The position numbers and the translations under genes were made by a program. From Anaeramoeba ignava BMAN (Eukaryota; Protista; Anaeramoebae), in assembly GCA_028826165.1 (NCBI GenBank), contig JAPDFW010000053.1, positions 496,001 through 560,000 of the forward strand: a stretch of 64,000 nt of DNA, read 5' to 3'. Below, in pieces: positions 51,260 to 64,000 of this stretch. The notes under the pieces were generated by a model, which worked only from the letters and a program-made list of their open reading frames with translations, made no database searches and was not told the DNA's origin. The stretch's first letter is position 1. Every line of letters starts with the position of its first letter.

Positions 51260-53575
51260 TGATTTAAAAAAAGTGGAATAAATTTAATTTAAAATTAATA
51301 AATAAATTTAATTATAAAAAGTGGAATAAATTTAATTAAAAATTAATAAATAAATTTAATTAAAAATTAATAAATAAATTTAAATTTAAAATTAATAAAT
51401 AAATTTAATTAAAAAGTGGAATAAATTTAATTTAAAATTAATAAATAAATTTAAATTAATTTAAAAAAATTAATAAATAAATTTAATTAAAAAAAGTGGA
51501 ATAAATTTAAATTAAAATTAATAAATAAATTTAATTAAAATTAATAAATAAATTTAATTAAAATTAATAAATAAATTTAATTAAAAAGTGGAATAAATTT
51601 AATTTAAAATTAATAAATAAATTTAATTTAAAAAATTAATAAATAAATTTAAATTAAAATTAATAAATAAAATTAATTTAAAATTAATAAATAAATTTAA
51701 TTAAAAAGTGGAATAAATTTAATTTAAAAATTAATAAATAAATTTAATTTAAAAATTAATAAATAAATTTAATTTAAAAATTAATAAATAAATTTAATTT
51801 AAAAAAATTAATAAATAAATTTAATTAAAAATTAATAAATAAATTTAATTAAAAATTAATAAATAAATTTAAATTAAAATTAATAAATAAATTTAATTAA
51901 AATTAATAAATAAATTTAATTAAAAATTAATAAATAAATTTAATTTAAAATTAATAAATAAATTTAATTAAAAATTAATAAATAAATTTGATTAAAAATT
52001 TGGAATAAAAATTAAAAATAAATAAAAATTTAATTTAAAATTAATAAATAAATTTAATTAAAAAGTGGAATAAATTTAATTTAAAATTAATAAATAAATT
52101 TGAATTTAAAATTAATAAATAAATTTAATTTAAAATTAATAAATAAATTTAATTTAAAATTAATAAATAAATTTAATTTAAAATTAATAAATAAATTTAA
52201 TTTAAAAATTAATAAATAAATTTAATTTAAAAATTAATGAATAAATTTGATTAAAATTAATAAATAAAATTTAATTAAAATTAATAAATAAATTTAATTT
52301 AAAAATTAATAAATAAATTTAAATTAAAAATTAATAAATAAATTTAATTTAAAATTAATAAATAAATTTAATTTAAAAAAAGTGGAATAAATTTAATTTA
52401 AAAATTAAATAAATTAAATTAAAATTAATAAATAAATTTGATTAAAAAGTGGAATAAATTTAAATTAAAATTAATAAATAAATTTAATTAAAAAGTGGAA
52501 TAAATTTAATTTAAAATTAATAAATAAATTTAATTAAAAAATAAATTTAATAAAAAATTTGATTTAAATTAATAAATAAATTTAATTAAAATTAATAAAT
52601 AAATTTAATTAAAAATTAATAAATAAATTTAATTTAAAAATTAATAAATAAATTTAATTAAAAAATTAATAAATAAATTTAATTTAAAAATTAATAAATT
52701 AATAAATAAATTTAATTAAAAAAGTGGAATAAATTTAATTAAAATTAATAAATAAATTTAATTTTAAAATTAATAAATAAATTTAATTTAAAATTAATAA
52801 ATAAATTTAATTTAAAAATTAATAAATAAATTTAATTTAAAAATTAATAAATAAATTTGATTTAAAATTAATAAATAAATTTAATTAAAAATTAATAAAT
52901 AAATTTAAATTAAAATTAATAAATAAATTTAATTAAAAAGTGGAATAAATTTAATTTAAAATTAATAAATAAATTTGATTAAAATTAATAAATAAATTTT
53001 AATTTAAAATTAATAAATAAAATTTAATTAAAAATTAATAAATTTAATAAATTTGATTAAAAATTAAAAATGGAATAAATTTAATTTAAAATTAATAAAT
53101 AAATTTAATTAAAAAAGTGGAATAAATTTGATTAAAAATTAATAAATAAATTTAATTAAAATTAATAAATAAATTTAATTAAAAAGTGGAATAAATTTAA
53201 ATTAATAAATAAATTTAATTTAAAATTAATAAATAAATTTAATTAAAATTAATTAATAAATTTAATTAAAAAAAGTGGAATAAATAAATTAAATTAAAAT
53301 TAATAAATAAATTTAATTTAAAAAAGTAAATAAATTTAATTTAAAATTAATAAATAAATTTAATTTAAAATTAATAAATAAATTTAATTTAAAATTAATA
53401 AATAAATTTAATTAAAAAAAGTGGAATAAATTTAATTAAAAATTAATAAATAAATTTAATTTAAAATTAATAAATAAATTTAATTAAAATTAATAAATAA
53501 ATTTAATTTAAAATTAATAAATAAATTTAAATTTAAATTAATAAATAAAATTAATTGATAAAAAGTGGAATAAGC
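51260..53575. repeat. Intergenic ~23-25 bp minisatellite (AATTAATAAATAAATTTAATTTAA with AAAAGTGGAATAAA variant)
   Basis: About 2.3 kb between the convergent MRH-like and SUN genes. Confidence 0.95.
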
Positions 53576-53670
53576 TTGTTTTTAATTTGAATTGATAAAA
53601 AAAATTCCTCCAAATCTTTTTCAAAAAAAAAAAGAAAAAAGAAAAAAAGAAAAGAAATATTCCCTTTTGT

Positions 53671-56600
53671 TTAAATTGGATTTCCATGAACTCTGACACG
53701 ATAAACACAAGTAAACTCTTTTCCATAATTAGAATTAAAATCAAATTTTACAACTTCAATAGGAACTTGTAAGTTATCTGGAATATTAAAAGTTTGAGGA
53801 AGATAAGAATCATCAAAAACAAAAGTGAAATTTCCAAGAAAAATAGGATCAGAATCAAAAGAATTTGAATAAGCAAAAATTGAGAAGTCTTTAGGAGCGC
53901 TTGAAAAATCAGGAGAAACAGCTTTTGGAACGTGTTCAATAGTGATTTGGGTCGGGATGATTTTGCGGAACAAACGCACAGCAAGAAATCCTTTATCGCC
54001 CCAGAAACCAAAGCAGTTTCCAATAGCGTTATTTGGATTCAAAGCGAGTTCAGGATGATTTAATTTGGGATTTTTAAGAACTGACAAAAATTGATGGAAA
54101 TATGAAAGTGGATTAAAACGCGATCCAAAAGAAGATGAATAAACTGGCGAATGCGAGATCACTTCAGCTCCCGAACTGCCAAGTGCATAATCGATTTTCC
54201 CCACAAAATCTTGCTGTATTAAATCGCTCACGTTCTTCAAAACCCTTGCGGATATGTCTTTGAGTAAGTCTTCGTAATAGGACTCGAATTCTTTTAAAGC
54301 CCCGTTTTGATCGTCTTCGAAAAATCTCTTCATTGAGTCTTTATACAGATCTTCTTTGATTCGTTCGAATACTTCGCCAATTTTGTTCTCAATAATTTCG
54401 TTCTCAAGTTCGTCTGGAACATCTTGTTTTTTCTTGTTTTCAAGATGCTCAAAAAGATCCGCTTTTAATTTCTCCATTAATTCTGCTTCGTTTTTCGTGA
54501 AATCGTCCCATTTTTCTTCAAATTTCTTCTTCAAATCATCTTCAAGTAAGGCATATTTCTCATTCGTTTTATCCTGAAGAACATCGAATTTTTCTCGCAT
54601 ATTTTTCAGTTCTTCCAGGAATTGTTTTGAATCTGATCCAGGAATTATTTTAAGGTTATCAACTTTCTTAGAAATATCTTCAATTTCCTTTTCAAAATTA
54701 TCAAGAGAACCCATAATTGTTTGAATTTCTTTTTCTTCGTTTTGAAGCTTTTCAATTTGTTTTTTGAGTGTTTCGAATTTGTTTTGGAATTCCTTATTTT
54801 TTTCGTTTTTTTCGTTTTCCACATTATTCATTTCTGAACTTGTATCTGCCAATTCTTTTTTCATTTCTTCGAATTTTTTGTTGAATTCGTCAACGTAATT
54901 ATCCATGTTCGAAAAAGTTTTTTTTACATTTTCGAGTGTGTCTGTTATGTTCTTATTCTTGTCATCAAATTCATGGAAAAGATCTGAAAATTTATTCATC
55001 TCATTTTGAATGTCTTCTTTTTTGGTATGTGTCGCAAAAAGTTTTTTTAAAGAATTCTCAAGTTCAGGGAGTTCTTTCTGAACCGTTCCTGTCTGCTCAA
55101 TAATTGTTTCGAGCTCCTCTTCATTTCGTTTGAGATTAGTTTGAAAGTCTTGATGGAATTTTTCCACCATTTTTTCAAGTGATTCCAATTTATTTTCATC
55201 TGGTTGACTTTCGTTGATCTGTTTAATGTTTTCCTGGATTTTCTCGATAAAATTCTGTATATCCGATCCTTCTTTATCTTGCTTTTTTTCCATTTCATTC
55301 ATCGAATCGTTGGTTTTTTTCATTTCTCTTTCAATTTCAATGAATTTTTTGGCAACATGCTCCTTAAGTGCTTCAATTTCATTGCTGAAATCATGTTCTT
55401 CTGTTCTTTCAAATAAACAATCAAAAAGTTTCAGAAGCGAATAGCTTTTATTTGTGATTCGCCAGATATCTTCAATTCCTTGTTCAGCTTTTTTGAGATC
55501 GGAATTATAGTTCTTAAATTGTTCCGAAAAATCATTGAAATAATCTCTCACTAATTCTGTTTTCTGGTTTATTAAGTTAATATTCTGCTTGTACATTTCG
55601 TTCGATGAGTTTTTGATCTTTTCCAGTTGTTGATCCCCTTCTTCAATTCTAGTTCCATATGTTGATATTGCTTCACTGTTTTGTTTCATTAATTTTTGGA
55701 TCGTTTTTGTTTTCATTTTGATTTCCTTTTTTAAATCCGCTACGTTTTTCATCATTTCTCTTACTATTCTTGTACTCGGAACAAATCCACTTTCTTCAAT
55801 ACAAAATTGTATTTGTTTTTTCACTTCTTCTTTTTCAAGAAGGTCTTTGATTTTTGATTTAAATTCAGCCGTTAATTTTTGTTTTTCTTCCAGTGTTTTG
55901 TTTGTAAATTCCACTTTGTATCCTTCGATTAGGTTATCAATATCTGTTTTGATAATCTCTGCAATTCCTGAAACGTACTTATCAATGTTTTTTGCTGGTG
56001 TGAAAATGGAGACATTTTTAAGGAGATTGTAACGAATTTCTTCATTTGCAGAGTTTACTAAAAATCTTTTAAACTCTATTATTTATATTTAAAATATAAA
56101 TCAAAATATAAATCAAAATATAAATCAAAATATAAATAAAAATATAATAAATATAATAAATATAATAAATATAATAAATATAATAAATATAAAAAATAAT
56201 AAATATAATAAATATAATAAATATAATAAATATAAATATAATAAATATAAATATAATAAATATAATAAATATAATAAATATAATAAATATAATAAATATA
56301 ATAAATATAATAAATATAATAAATATAATAAATAAATATAATAAACAAATATAATAAATATAATAAATATAATAAATATAATAAAATAATAAAATAATAA
56401 ATATAAATATAAATATAATAAAATATAAATATAATAAATAAATATAATAAAATAAATATAAAATAAAAATAATAAAATAATAAAATATAATAAATATAAT
56501 AAATATAATAAATATAATAAATATAATAAATATAATAAATATAATAAATATAATAAATATAAATATAAATATAAATATAATAAATCAAAATATAAATATA

Positions 56601-57091
56601 ATAAATATAAATATAAATTTAATAAATATAATAATAAATATAATAAATATAAATATAATAAATCAAAATATAAATATAATTAATATAATAAATATAATAA
56701 ATATAATAAATATAAATATAAATTTCACGTAAATGATTTTTTTTTTAATTTTTTTTTTGTGGAATTTTGATATAAATTTTAATATAAATTTTCATGTAAA
56801 TGATTTTTTACCTTTTTCTTTAGATAAACGATATTGTTGTTGTATTTGATCACTTCCAAGAATTGAACCTAACGCTAAAAGTGAAAACAAAAGAATAATT
56901 GAATTTCTCCAACTAAAATTATCTCCTCTAAAATTTAATGCTGATTTAAGAAATGAAAATATTCGATTTGTTAAATAAGTTTCAAGTGAAATAAAAAATT
57001 CAATAACAATATAAATTCCTAATTTAATTAATCTCCAAAATCCAATAATTTCTCTTGTTGTATAATAATAAAAATTTTTAATTTGTTTCAT
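53671..57091 (-). CDS. C-terminal SUN-domain (Sad1/UNC-84) inner nuclear membrane protein, 2 exons
   Basis: Exon 1 57091-56812 (TM segments), intron 56811-56076, exon 2 56075-53671 (long coiled coil). SUN motifs DYALGSSGA, GNCFGF, ITIEH, SSAPKDF, SNYG and TCVYRVRVHG. Confidence 0.92.
56080..56722. repeat. Intronic 9-bp satellite (AAATATAAT)n
   Basis: Fills the SUN intron; generates the YIYY ORF. Confidence 0.9.
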
Positions 57092-57320
57092 TTTTTAATT
57101 TTTTTTTTTTTTTAAATTTGTTTTGCTTTTTTTTTTTTGTTATTATTATTTATTTATTTATTAATTAATAAAAGGAAAAAAATGAAAGGAAAAAAATGAA
57201 AAAAAAATAACGCTTTTTTTTAATTTATTTTTTTTATTTTTTTTATTTTTTCTCCTTTTAATTTTTATTTTTATTTTTTCTCCTTTTTTATTTTGTTCCA
57301 CTTTTTTTATTAATTTTAAA

Positions 57321-60300
57321 TTAATTTTCTTTTGTTTCTTCTTCCATTTCTTTTAATCCTTTTTGTATTTTTTTCAATAATTGTGAATAAGAAAAAAATC
57401 CAAAAATTTTCTCTTCTATTAATCGACTAAATAATTGAAATTCAAAAGAATCTCCTCTTTTCATAATTCCAATTTGAGGAGTATAAATAGTTTCTTTATT
57501 TAAATAATGAATAATTTCAAAAACCTTTTTTGATAAATGATTTTCTAACTTTGGTAATTTCATCTTAAAAAAATTTAAAATTTAAAATTAATTAAAATTA
57601 AAATTTAAAATGAATTAAATTAAAAAATTACTTTTTGAAGATTAATATATTCTAAAATTGGAATATTTAATAACTTTCCATAAAATTTTGGTGAAATTGC
57701 TCTTCCAATCCAAATAAATATTGAAAATCCATCAAAAAACAAATAACATTGTGAAACATCTAAAGAATCAAAATACAATCCAATTTGTTCAGGTAATTCA
57801 ATCAAAGACTCTTTTTCTTGATCTAAATTAGATTTTAATTCATTTTCAGAATCAAAAAATTGATGAATTGGAATCAACAAAGGATTAAGATAGTAAATTA
57901 AATTTTTTGCTGAAATTCGAAGTAAAAAATATCTTAAATAAAATTCATCATCTTTTCCAATTGGTTTTCTAAATTTAAATTTAAATTTAAATTTAAAATA
58001 AAAATAAAAATAAAAGAATCAATTTTTCTTGTTTTTTCCTTTTTTTCAAATAAAATGATATAATATAAAAAATAACCAACATTTGACGAAATAGTGGAAT
58101 TTTCATCAATCCCAAATAATAAAGAGGCAAATATTGAAAATATTCAGGAATAATTAATTTTTTCCCATAATTTTTCAACTGACAATTCTTTTTATATGTG
58201 ACAAAAACTTGAAACAATTTGAGCAGTAAAAAATTTATAATTTGTTCAGAACTTGTTTTCAAAGATTGAATAACTGATTGCTTTGCAATTAAAGTTGCAA
58301 CAGTTTCTTGGTCAATAGATTCAAAAAAATCCAAATATTTACTTGAAGTTGATAATTGAATATTAAAAATTCTGGATATCAAATCTCCCTTTGTTGATAA
58401 ATACTTCATTTCAAATTGAAAGCAAACGTGATTGCTTAATATTTCTGAATTATATCCAACATAAAAGCAAAAAATATCATCTTCGTTTATTCTGTGATTC
58501 ATTAAAATCTGTGTGTTGGAAAATGCCTTTTTTTCAACTTGAGACCCAATTACATCAACTACTTGAAGATTTGAAGGTAATCTAAGTGTTGATTCTGTTT
58601 TATAAACTATAAATTGTGGAAATAATTTTCTGAAATCACCAACAATTTGTTCATAATCAAATCGATTAATTTTTGAATTGAAAAAATATAAATTGCCATT
58701 TGTTAAAATATTAAGCTTTGCTATTTTGTATTTTTAAATTGTATATTTTTTTTTGTGAATTAAATATTCTTTTTGTGTTTTTTTTTTCTTTTGAATTAAA
58801 TATTCTTCTTTTTTAAATTTACATGTAATTTCAACTTCAAGTTCTATTCCTTTTGAAAAAACAAAAGAATCAATTGAAATATTATTTTCTCTACAAGAAT
58901 TTGCTAAATCACTATAAAATTGATGTTGAGATTTTGTTGTGGGAATTTCTTCATGATGACTTAATTCACCTTCTCCATAAATAGATAACCATGAATGAAA
59001 AGTAATTATTCTTCCACCAATATTTTCCTAAAAAAATTTTTTCCCATATAAATAGATTCAAAAAGAACAACAAATTATTTACAAGAAGTTTTGAAGCTGC
59101 TTTCACTGCAGCACCAAATGCAATCACACTTGGTTTTTTCTTTCTATTGATAATTTTTGGGAGTAAATCAAGAAATAATAAAATTTCTTTTTGCTTTCCA
59201 TTTATTGGAACAAGTGTTTTTGAAGAAATTGGAACAATAATATCATCAATATCTGGAACAATAAAAGTTTTTAGAGATTTAATATTAATTTTAGGAGATT
59301 TTTTAATAAATCTATAATTTGGAGTGTCTGTATCAGGATCAATTTCCATTACAATATCCTTTGTAACTTGAATTTGTCTTTCTTTTTTAGATTTTGGCCA
59401 AAAAACATTTTCATTTTTAACATTTTCCTTTTGAATATTTTCATTTTCCATTTCAATTTGATTTTCATTTTCATTTTGAATATTTTCATTTTCCATTTCA
59501 ATTTGATTTTCATTTTGAATATTTTCATTTTGAAGATTTTCATTTTGAATATTTTCATTTTGAATATTTTCATTTTGAATATTTTCATTTTCCATTTTAA
59601 TTTGATTTTCATTTTGAATATTTTCATTTTCAATTTGATTTTCATTTTGATTTTCATTTTGAATATTCTCTTTTATTTTTTGATTTTGAATATTCTCTTT
59701 TATTTTTTCTTCAATTTCTTCAATTCGAGAAAAATCATAAAATTGTAATTGATTATCAAAAGTAATAATTGTGATTTTAGATCCTTCTGGAAATGTTGAA
59801 ATAACTTCTTTAATTGATTTAAGAATATTTGATAAAATATCATTTTCAATAAAATATTCACTAATTTCAATAACAAAAACATAATTTTTCATAAATTCAG
59901 AATCAGCTTTTCCATTTACAACTTCATAACTTCCTTTTTTGACTTGAATTGAATCATCAACTTTATGAAAAAAATTAAGTTCAAGTAATTCTTTTTTTGT
60001 TTTTTTTGAAATTAAATTTTTTGTTGAACAAATTGAACATTTCCATTCTATTTGAAAAAAAATCAAAAATAAATAAATCAAAATGAATAATGAATCAAAA
60101 ATATTTTAAGATGAATTAAAATGGGATAAATTTTTTCTAATTCAACCTTCTTTTGAAATTGAACAAGTTGGAGAAATAAATGATGAACAATGAGTACAAC
60201 GAAGTTCATTTAAATTTGAAAATTCAAAACGATTTAATTTCTCTTCATTAAATTCAAGTTTTGCAAAAGGATGAACAACAAATCCAAATGGAATTTGAGT

Positions 60301-61411
60301 TTCTTGAAAAAATCCTGTATTTGATGGGATTTGATAAAGTGTTGAACGAATAAATTTTGGAGAACTATTTTCTTCTTCTTGACAAATAAAATTATTTAAT
60401 AAACTTGGTCTTTTCATTGAATTAATATTTGAAATGTAATTTTCTGATATATTTGTTTCATATTTTGGTTTTGGAAAATTTCTAACTTTTTTTTCTTTTT
60501 AAAATATATAATATAATTTAATATTTAATTTATAATTTAATTTAATATTTAATTTAATTCAAAATTTAATTTAATATTTAATTTAATATTTAATTTAAAA
60601 TTTAATATTTAATTTAATATTTAATATTTAATTTAATATTTAATTTAATTTAATATTTAATTTAATATTTAATTTATAATTTAATTTAATATATAATTTA
60701 AAATTTAATTTAAAATTTAATTTAATATTTAATTTAATTTATAATTTAATATATAATTTAATTTAATATTTAATTTAATATATAATTCTTCAATTTAATT
60801 TAAAATTTAATATTTAATTTAATATTTAATTTAATATTTAATTTAATATTTAATTTAATTTAATATTTAATTTAATATTTAATTTAATATTTAATTTAAT
60901 ATATAATTTAATATTTAATTTAATATTTAATTTAATATTTAATTTAATATTTAATTTAATATTTAATTTAATATTTAATTTAATATTTAATTTAAAATAA
61001 AATTTAATATTTAATTTAATTCAAAATATAATTTAATTTAATATATAATTTAATTCAATAATTAATTTAAAATTTAATTTAATATTTAATTTAATATTTA
61101 ATTTAATTCAATATTTAATTTAATATTTAATTTATAATTTAATATTTAATTTAATATTTAATTTAATATTTAATTACTTTTTCTGTTATTGAATCTAATT
61201 CAAAATTAACTTCTGAACTTTCTAATTTTTCTTTTTCATCATTTGATTCTATTTGTAATTCATCTTCCATATCAAAATTAACAAATTTAGAAGGAATAAA
61301 ATCAATTCCATCTTGTTGAATTAATTGAGAATCTTCTAAAAAATTAGAATCTTGTTCTTTTTTAGAATTGTTTTTTGATGGAAGAAGTGCTTCTTTTTCA
61401 GAATTTTCCAT
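57321..61411 (-). CDS. SEC24: Divergent Sec24-family COPII coat subunit (~7 exons) with an ENIQN low-complexity insert
   Basis: SSPKFIRSTLYQIP, IPFGFVVHPFA, zinc finger RCTHC..WKCSIC, trunk YVFVIE/ITFD, GGRI, QFYSDLA..C, LPLYYLGLMK and gelsolin FIWIG. The phase of the first intron is off by one in an A-run. Confidence 0.8.
60500..61172. repeat. Intronic (TTTAATATTTAA)n satellite in the Sec24-like gene
   Basis: Direct inspection. Confidence 0.9.
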
Positions 61412-61489
61412 AATTTTTTTTTTAAAAAAAGAAAAAAATGAAAAAAAATTTTTTTCAATTTTTTCAATTATTTTTTTCTTTTTGGAATA
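61412..61489. promoter_or_regulatory. 78-bp bidirectional promoter between Sec24-like and SERAC1-like genes
   Basis: Divergent ATGs with back-to-back AAAATGAAAA (minus-strand TCATT) and TTTTCAATT elements. Confidence 0.55.
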
Positions 61490-63460
61490 ATGATTTCTTC
61501 TTTATCTTTAAATACTTTGAATAAACCTTTAAATACAAAAATTGCTTATTTCCATCTCTTCAGAAAATATCTTCCAAATTTAATAGATAATCAAAATCAA
61601 AATTCAGAAAAATCAAAATCAAAATCGAAAGAGGAAGAAAAGAAATATAAAATTCTTACAAGAAAAAATATTCTTCTGAGTGCCGCAATAGGTACTGGGC
61701 TCGCAATATCAACATATACAATTTTTCCACAAGAAAAAGAAATTGGCGAAATTGGTATTCAAAGCATCATATCAAGAATAGAAAATACTTTGAAGATTAA
61801 AGATTTTCAGCAAGTTTTTGAGCTTTTAAAAGAACTTAATTCAAAAATAACCACAAAAATCTTCTCTTCAAATCTTGCAGAAATTAATTTACTGCTTATC
61901 ACCCGATATCTCTTTTCTTGGACTAAAAACATTGATTATAGTTTAAATACAACTAGCAAGTTTCAATTTTTCACAAAAGAAAATAATTTAAATACTAAAA
62001 ATACGCAAAAATTAAAACTTCGGATTCTTGGAGAGATTTTTGCAATTCTTTCTCTTATTATAAATCAAGATGAAGAGTTTAAAATACTCGATATTATCAA
62101 GAAAAATCTTCCATTTGACACAATTTTTAGATTAAGTTTGCACAAGAAAATCAACGAGAATTTTTTTGATTCAAAAAGAACCATCGATTCAGAACAAACC
62201 ACATTTGATTTTGATTCGCAAATAATGGGATTAGTACAATCATTAATCCAAGAAATTGGAAAAAGTCAAGAGGAAAAAAAAGCAAAAGATAATTTAATTA
62301 ATGTTTTAATTAATTTTAATAATGAAACTCAATTCAGTTTATTTCACAATTCAATTATTCAACCAAATTACCAAAAACAAGCCAAATTTCTATTAAAAGC
62401 TCTTCTGCAAATTGATTTCACTCCTCAAATATTCAAAATATTTATGGCTAATTCAGGATTCCAAATTCTTCATTTTATTGCAAAACTCAATCCTTCAAAT
62501 AAAGATTCTCAAAAATCAATTCCAAACATAGTTTCCAAACTAATTGAATCTGATGCATCCCTTCATTTAGATTCAACCATCTACACAAAAATTCAGGAAG
62601 AATTGTTATCTTCAGGTCTATTAAAATACTTCTGCATTTGGATAAAAAACGATGATATTTACATCTCTTCGAACATTACCAGAGTCTTATTAAATCTTGT
62701 TTCAAGAAAGCAAACATACCTCACAGGTATAAATGTTGTGCATCCCCAATTCCCTATCATCGATCAAGAAGGCATCGACATAGTCTTTGTCCATGGATTA
62801 AAAGGAAACTTTGTCAAAACTTGGCGAGGATGGTTTCAATCAGGAAATTTTTGGATTCAATCCTTACTTCCAAAAGACATCAATAAATCGGCAAGAATAG
62901 TCTCAGTTTCTGTGAAAACTTTCCTTGGTGGTTGGGGTTCTGAAGGCGGGTCTTTACAGGATATGTCCTTAATTTTACTACAAAACTTACAAAAAGCTGG
63001 AATCGGAAAAAATCGACCAGTTATATTTGTAAGTCATTCATTAGGTGGACTTGTAGTTAAAGAACTAGTTGTTTCTGCACAGACAAAATACCCTTATTTG
63101 TTCCGCAATATTCGAGGATGCGTCTTTTATTCTACTCCTCATTTTGGAATGTCAATTTCTTCCCAATCAAAATATTTCGAATTACTTTTTGGTCCAAATT
63201 CTTCTTTGAATATTTTAACTGATAAAAACTCACTTATTTCATTAAACAAAAAATTCGGAACTTTAAAAATTCCAACTTTGAGTTTTGCTGAATCAAAAAG
63301 TATTATCCCAGGAATTATTGTTGTTTCTCCTCAAAGTGCTAATCCTGGATTTGGGAAATTTATTCTCACAAAAGAAAGTCATAGAACAATTTCCAAACAT
63401 AAATCAAGAGATGATCCAATTTATCAAGAATTAATTACTTTTATTAATGAAAATGTTTGA
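61490..63460 (+). CDS. SERAC1: SERAC1-like alpha/beta hydrolase (N-terminal hydrophobic anchor, helical region, PGAP1-like lipase domain)
   Basis: IDIVFVHGLKG, FWIQSLLPKD, RPVIFVSHSLGGLVVKE, GCVFYSTPHFG, LSFAE, VVSPQSANPG and HRTISK. Confidence 0.8.
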   Translation: MISSLSLNTLNKPLNTKIAYFHLFRKYLPNLIDNQNQNSEKSKSKSKEEEKKYKILTRKNILLSAAIGTGLAISTYTIFPQEKEIGEIGIQSIISRIENTLKIKDFQQVFELLKELNSKITTKIFSSNLAEINLLLITRYLFSWTKNIDYSLNTTSKFQFFTKENNLNTKNTQKLKLRILGEIFAILSLIINQDEEFKILDIIKKNLPFDTIFRLSLHKKINENFFDSKRTIDSEQTTFDFDSQIMGLVQSLIQEIGKSQEEKKAKDNLINVLINFNNETQFSLFHNSIIQPNYQKQAKFLLKALLQIDFTPQIFKIFMANSGFQILHFIAKLNPSNKDSQKSIPNIVSKLIESDASLHLDSTIYTKIQEELLSSGLLKYFCIWIKNDDIYISSNITRVLLNLVSRKQTYLTGINVVHPQFPIIDQEGIDIVFVHGLKGNFVKTWRGWFQSGNFWIQSLLPKDINKSARIVSVSVKTFLGGWGSEGGSLQDMSLILLQNLQKAGIGKNRPVIFVSHSLGGLVVKELVVSAQTKYPYLFRNIRGCVFYSTPHFGMSISSQSKYFELLFGPNSSLNILTDKNSLISLNKKFGTLKIPTLSFAESKSIIPGIIVVSPQSANPGFGKFILTKESHRTISKHKSRDDPIYQELITFINENV

Positions 63461-63593
63461 GAAATTGATTTTTTTTCTTTTTGATTTATATTTAATTTAT
63501 TTTTATTTTTGTTTTATTTTTTCAATAAAATTTTTAATCATTTTTTTTTACTTACTTTTCCAAAAAAAAATAAACCTTTAAAATAAATCAAAA

Positions 63594-64000
63594 ATGGGTC
63601 AATCTCATATTCCCATTAATTTACATCTTGCTTGCTATAAAAATTCATATGAATCTGTTCAAAATGCAATTTCAAATGGTGATGATGTTAATTTCCAAAA
63701 TATTCAAAAACAAACTCCTTTACATTTTGCTTGTTTAAATCCAAATCAAAACTCAACAAATATTGATAAAAATTTCAAAATTATCAAATTACTTGTTGAA
63801 AAAGGAGCTGATATTAATGCTCAAAATGAAAGAAAAGAGACTCCTTTGCATTTACTTATTGGCAAATCAAATCCATTTGAAATTCAAATTCAAGATTCAA
63901 ACCAAAAGAGATTTGAAAATTTAATTGAAATTATTAAATTCTTTGTTGAAAAGGGAGCTGATATTAATTTAAAAAATAATAATCGAGAAACACCATTACA
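63594..64000 (+). CDS. Ankyrin-repeat protein (5' part; runs off window)
   Basis: Open from ATG 63594: LHLAC, QTPLHFAC, IIKLLVEKGADINAQN..ETPLH. Confidence 0.85.
   Translation, partial: MGQSHIPINLHLACYKNSYESVQNAISNGDDVNFQNIQKQTPLHFACLNPNQNSTNIDKNFKIIKLLVEKGADINAQNERKETPLHLLIGKSNPFEIQIQDSNQKRFENLIEIIKFFVEKGADINLKNNNRETPL

Noticed and set aside
51260-53575. Repeat with ~24-bp period resembling a CRISPR array
   Set aside because: No unique spacers, no cas genes, and a eukaryotic context.
36994-61411. Apparent cluster of secretory-pathway genes (TEX261, RFT1, MRH receptor, Sec24)
   Set aside because: They are interspersed with unrelated genes on both strands, and such genes are common enough for chance co-location.
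1-64000. tRNA, rRNA, transposase, intein or telomeric repeats
   Set aside because: None was recognisable by eye; covariance-model and HMM searches would be needed to exclude small RNAs.

Overview
This is a gene-dense stretch of an extremely AT-rich eukaryotic (protist) nuclear chromosome using the standard genetic code, with spliceosomal introns. The style (N/Q-rich low-complexity proteins, BTB and ankyrin genes, TCATTT repeats just before start codons) suggests an Anaeramoeba-like metamonad or a similar amoeboid protist; this is an inference only. I reconstructed about 23 protein genes by hand from splice sites and frame checks: an orphan, RhoGAP, RPAP3-like TPR, metallophosphoesterase, CDC123-like ATP-grasp with a CaaX box, BTB, WNK/NRBP pseudokinase, CENP-H, ORC3, IRE/Rim15/MAST kinase, a divergent actin with a giant charged tail, two FG-GAP surface receptors, TEX261/Svp26, RFT1, thiolase, an orphan membrane protein, ZNF598/Hel2, an MRH-type sorting receptor, a SUN protein, Sec24-like, SERAC1-like and a partial ankyrin protein. 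Most low-complexity ORFs in the track (IINL, IKLF, ILIL and similar) are satellite arrays inside introns or between genes, or antisense/off-frame shadows. Highlights: (1) a textbook U12-type AT-AC intron restores the ORC3 C-terminus and implies a minor spliceosome; (2) introns are inflated up to 2.7 kb by near-pure AT satellites, and one 12-mer is shared by three genes; (3) tandem initiator-like TCATTT elements precede most genes, and there is a candidate winged-helix DNA-binding orphan; (4) CENP-H, the prenylatable ATP-grasp, the actin-tail fusion and a thiolase missing its second catalytic Cys. Several single-base frameshifts are probably consensus errors. No tRNA, rRNA, CRISPR array or transposase was recognised.
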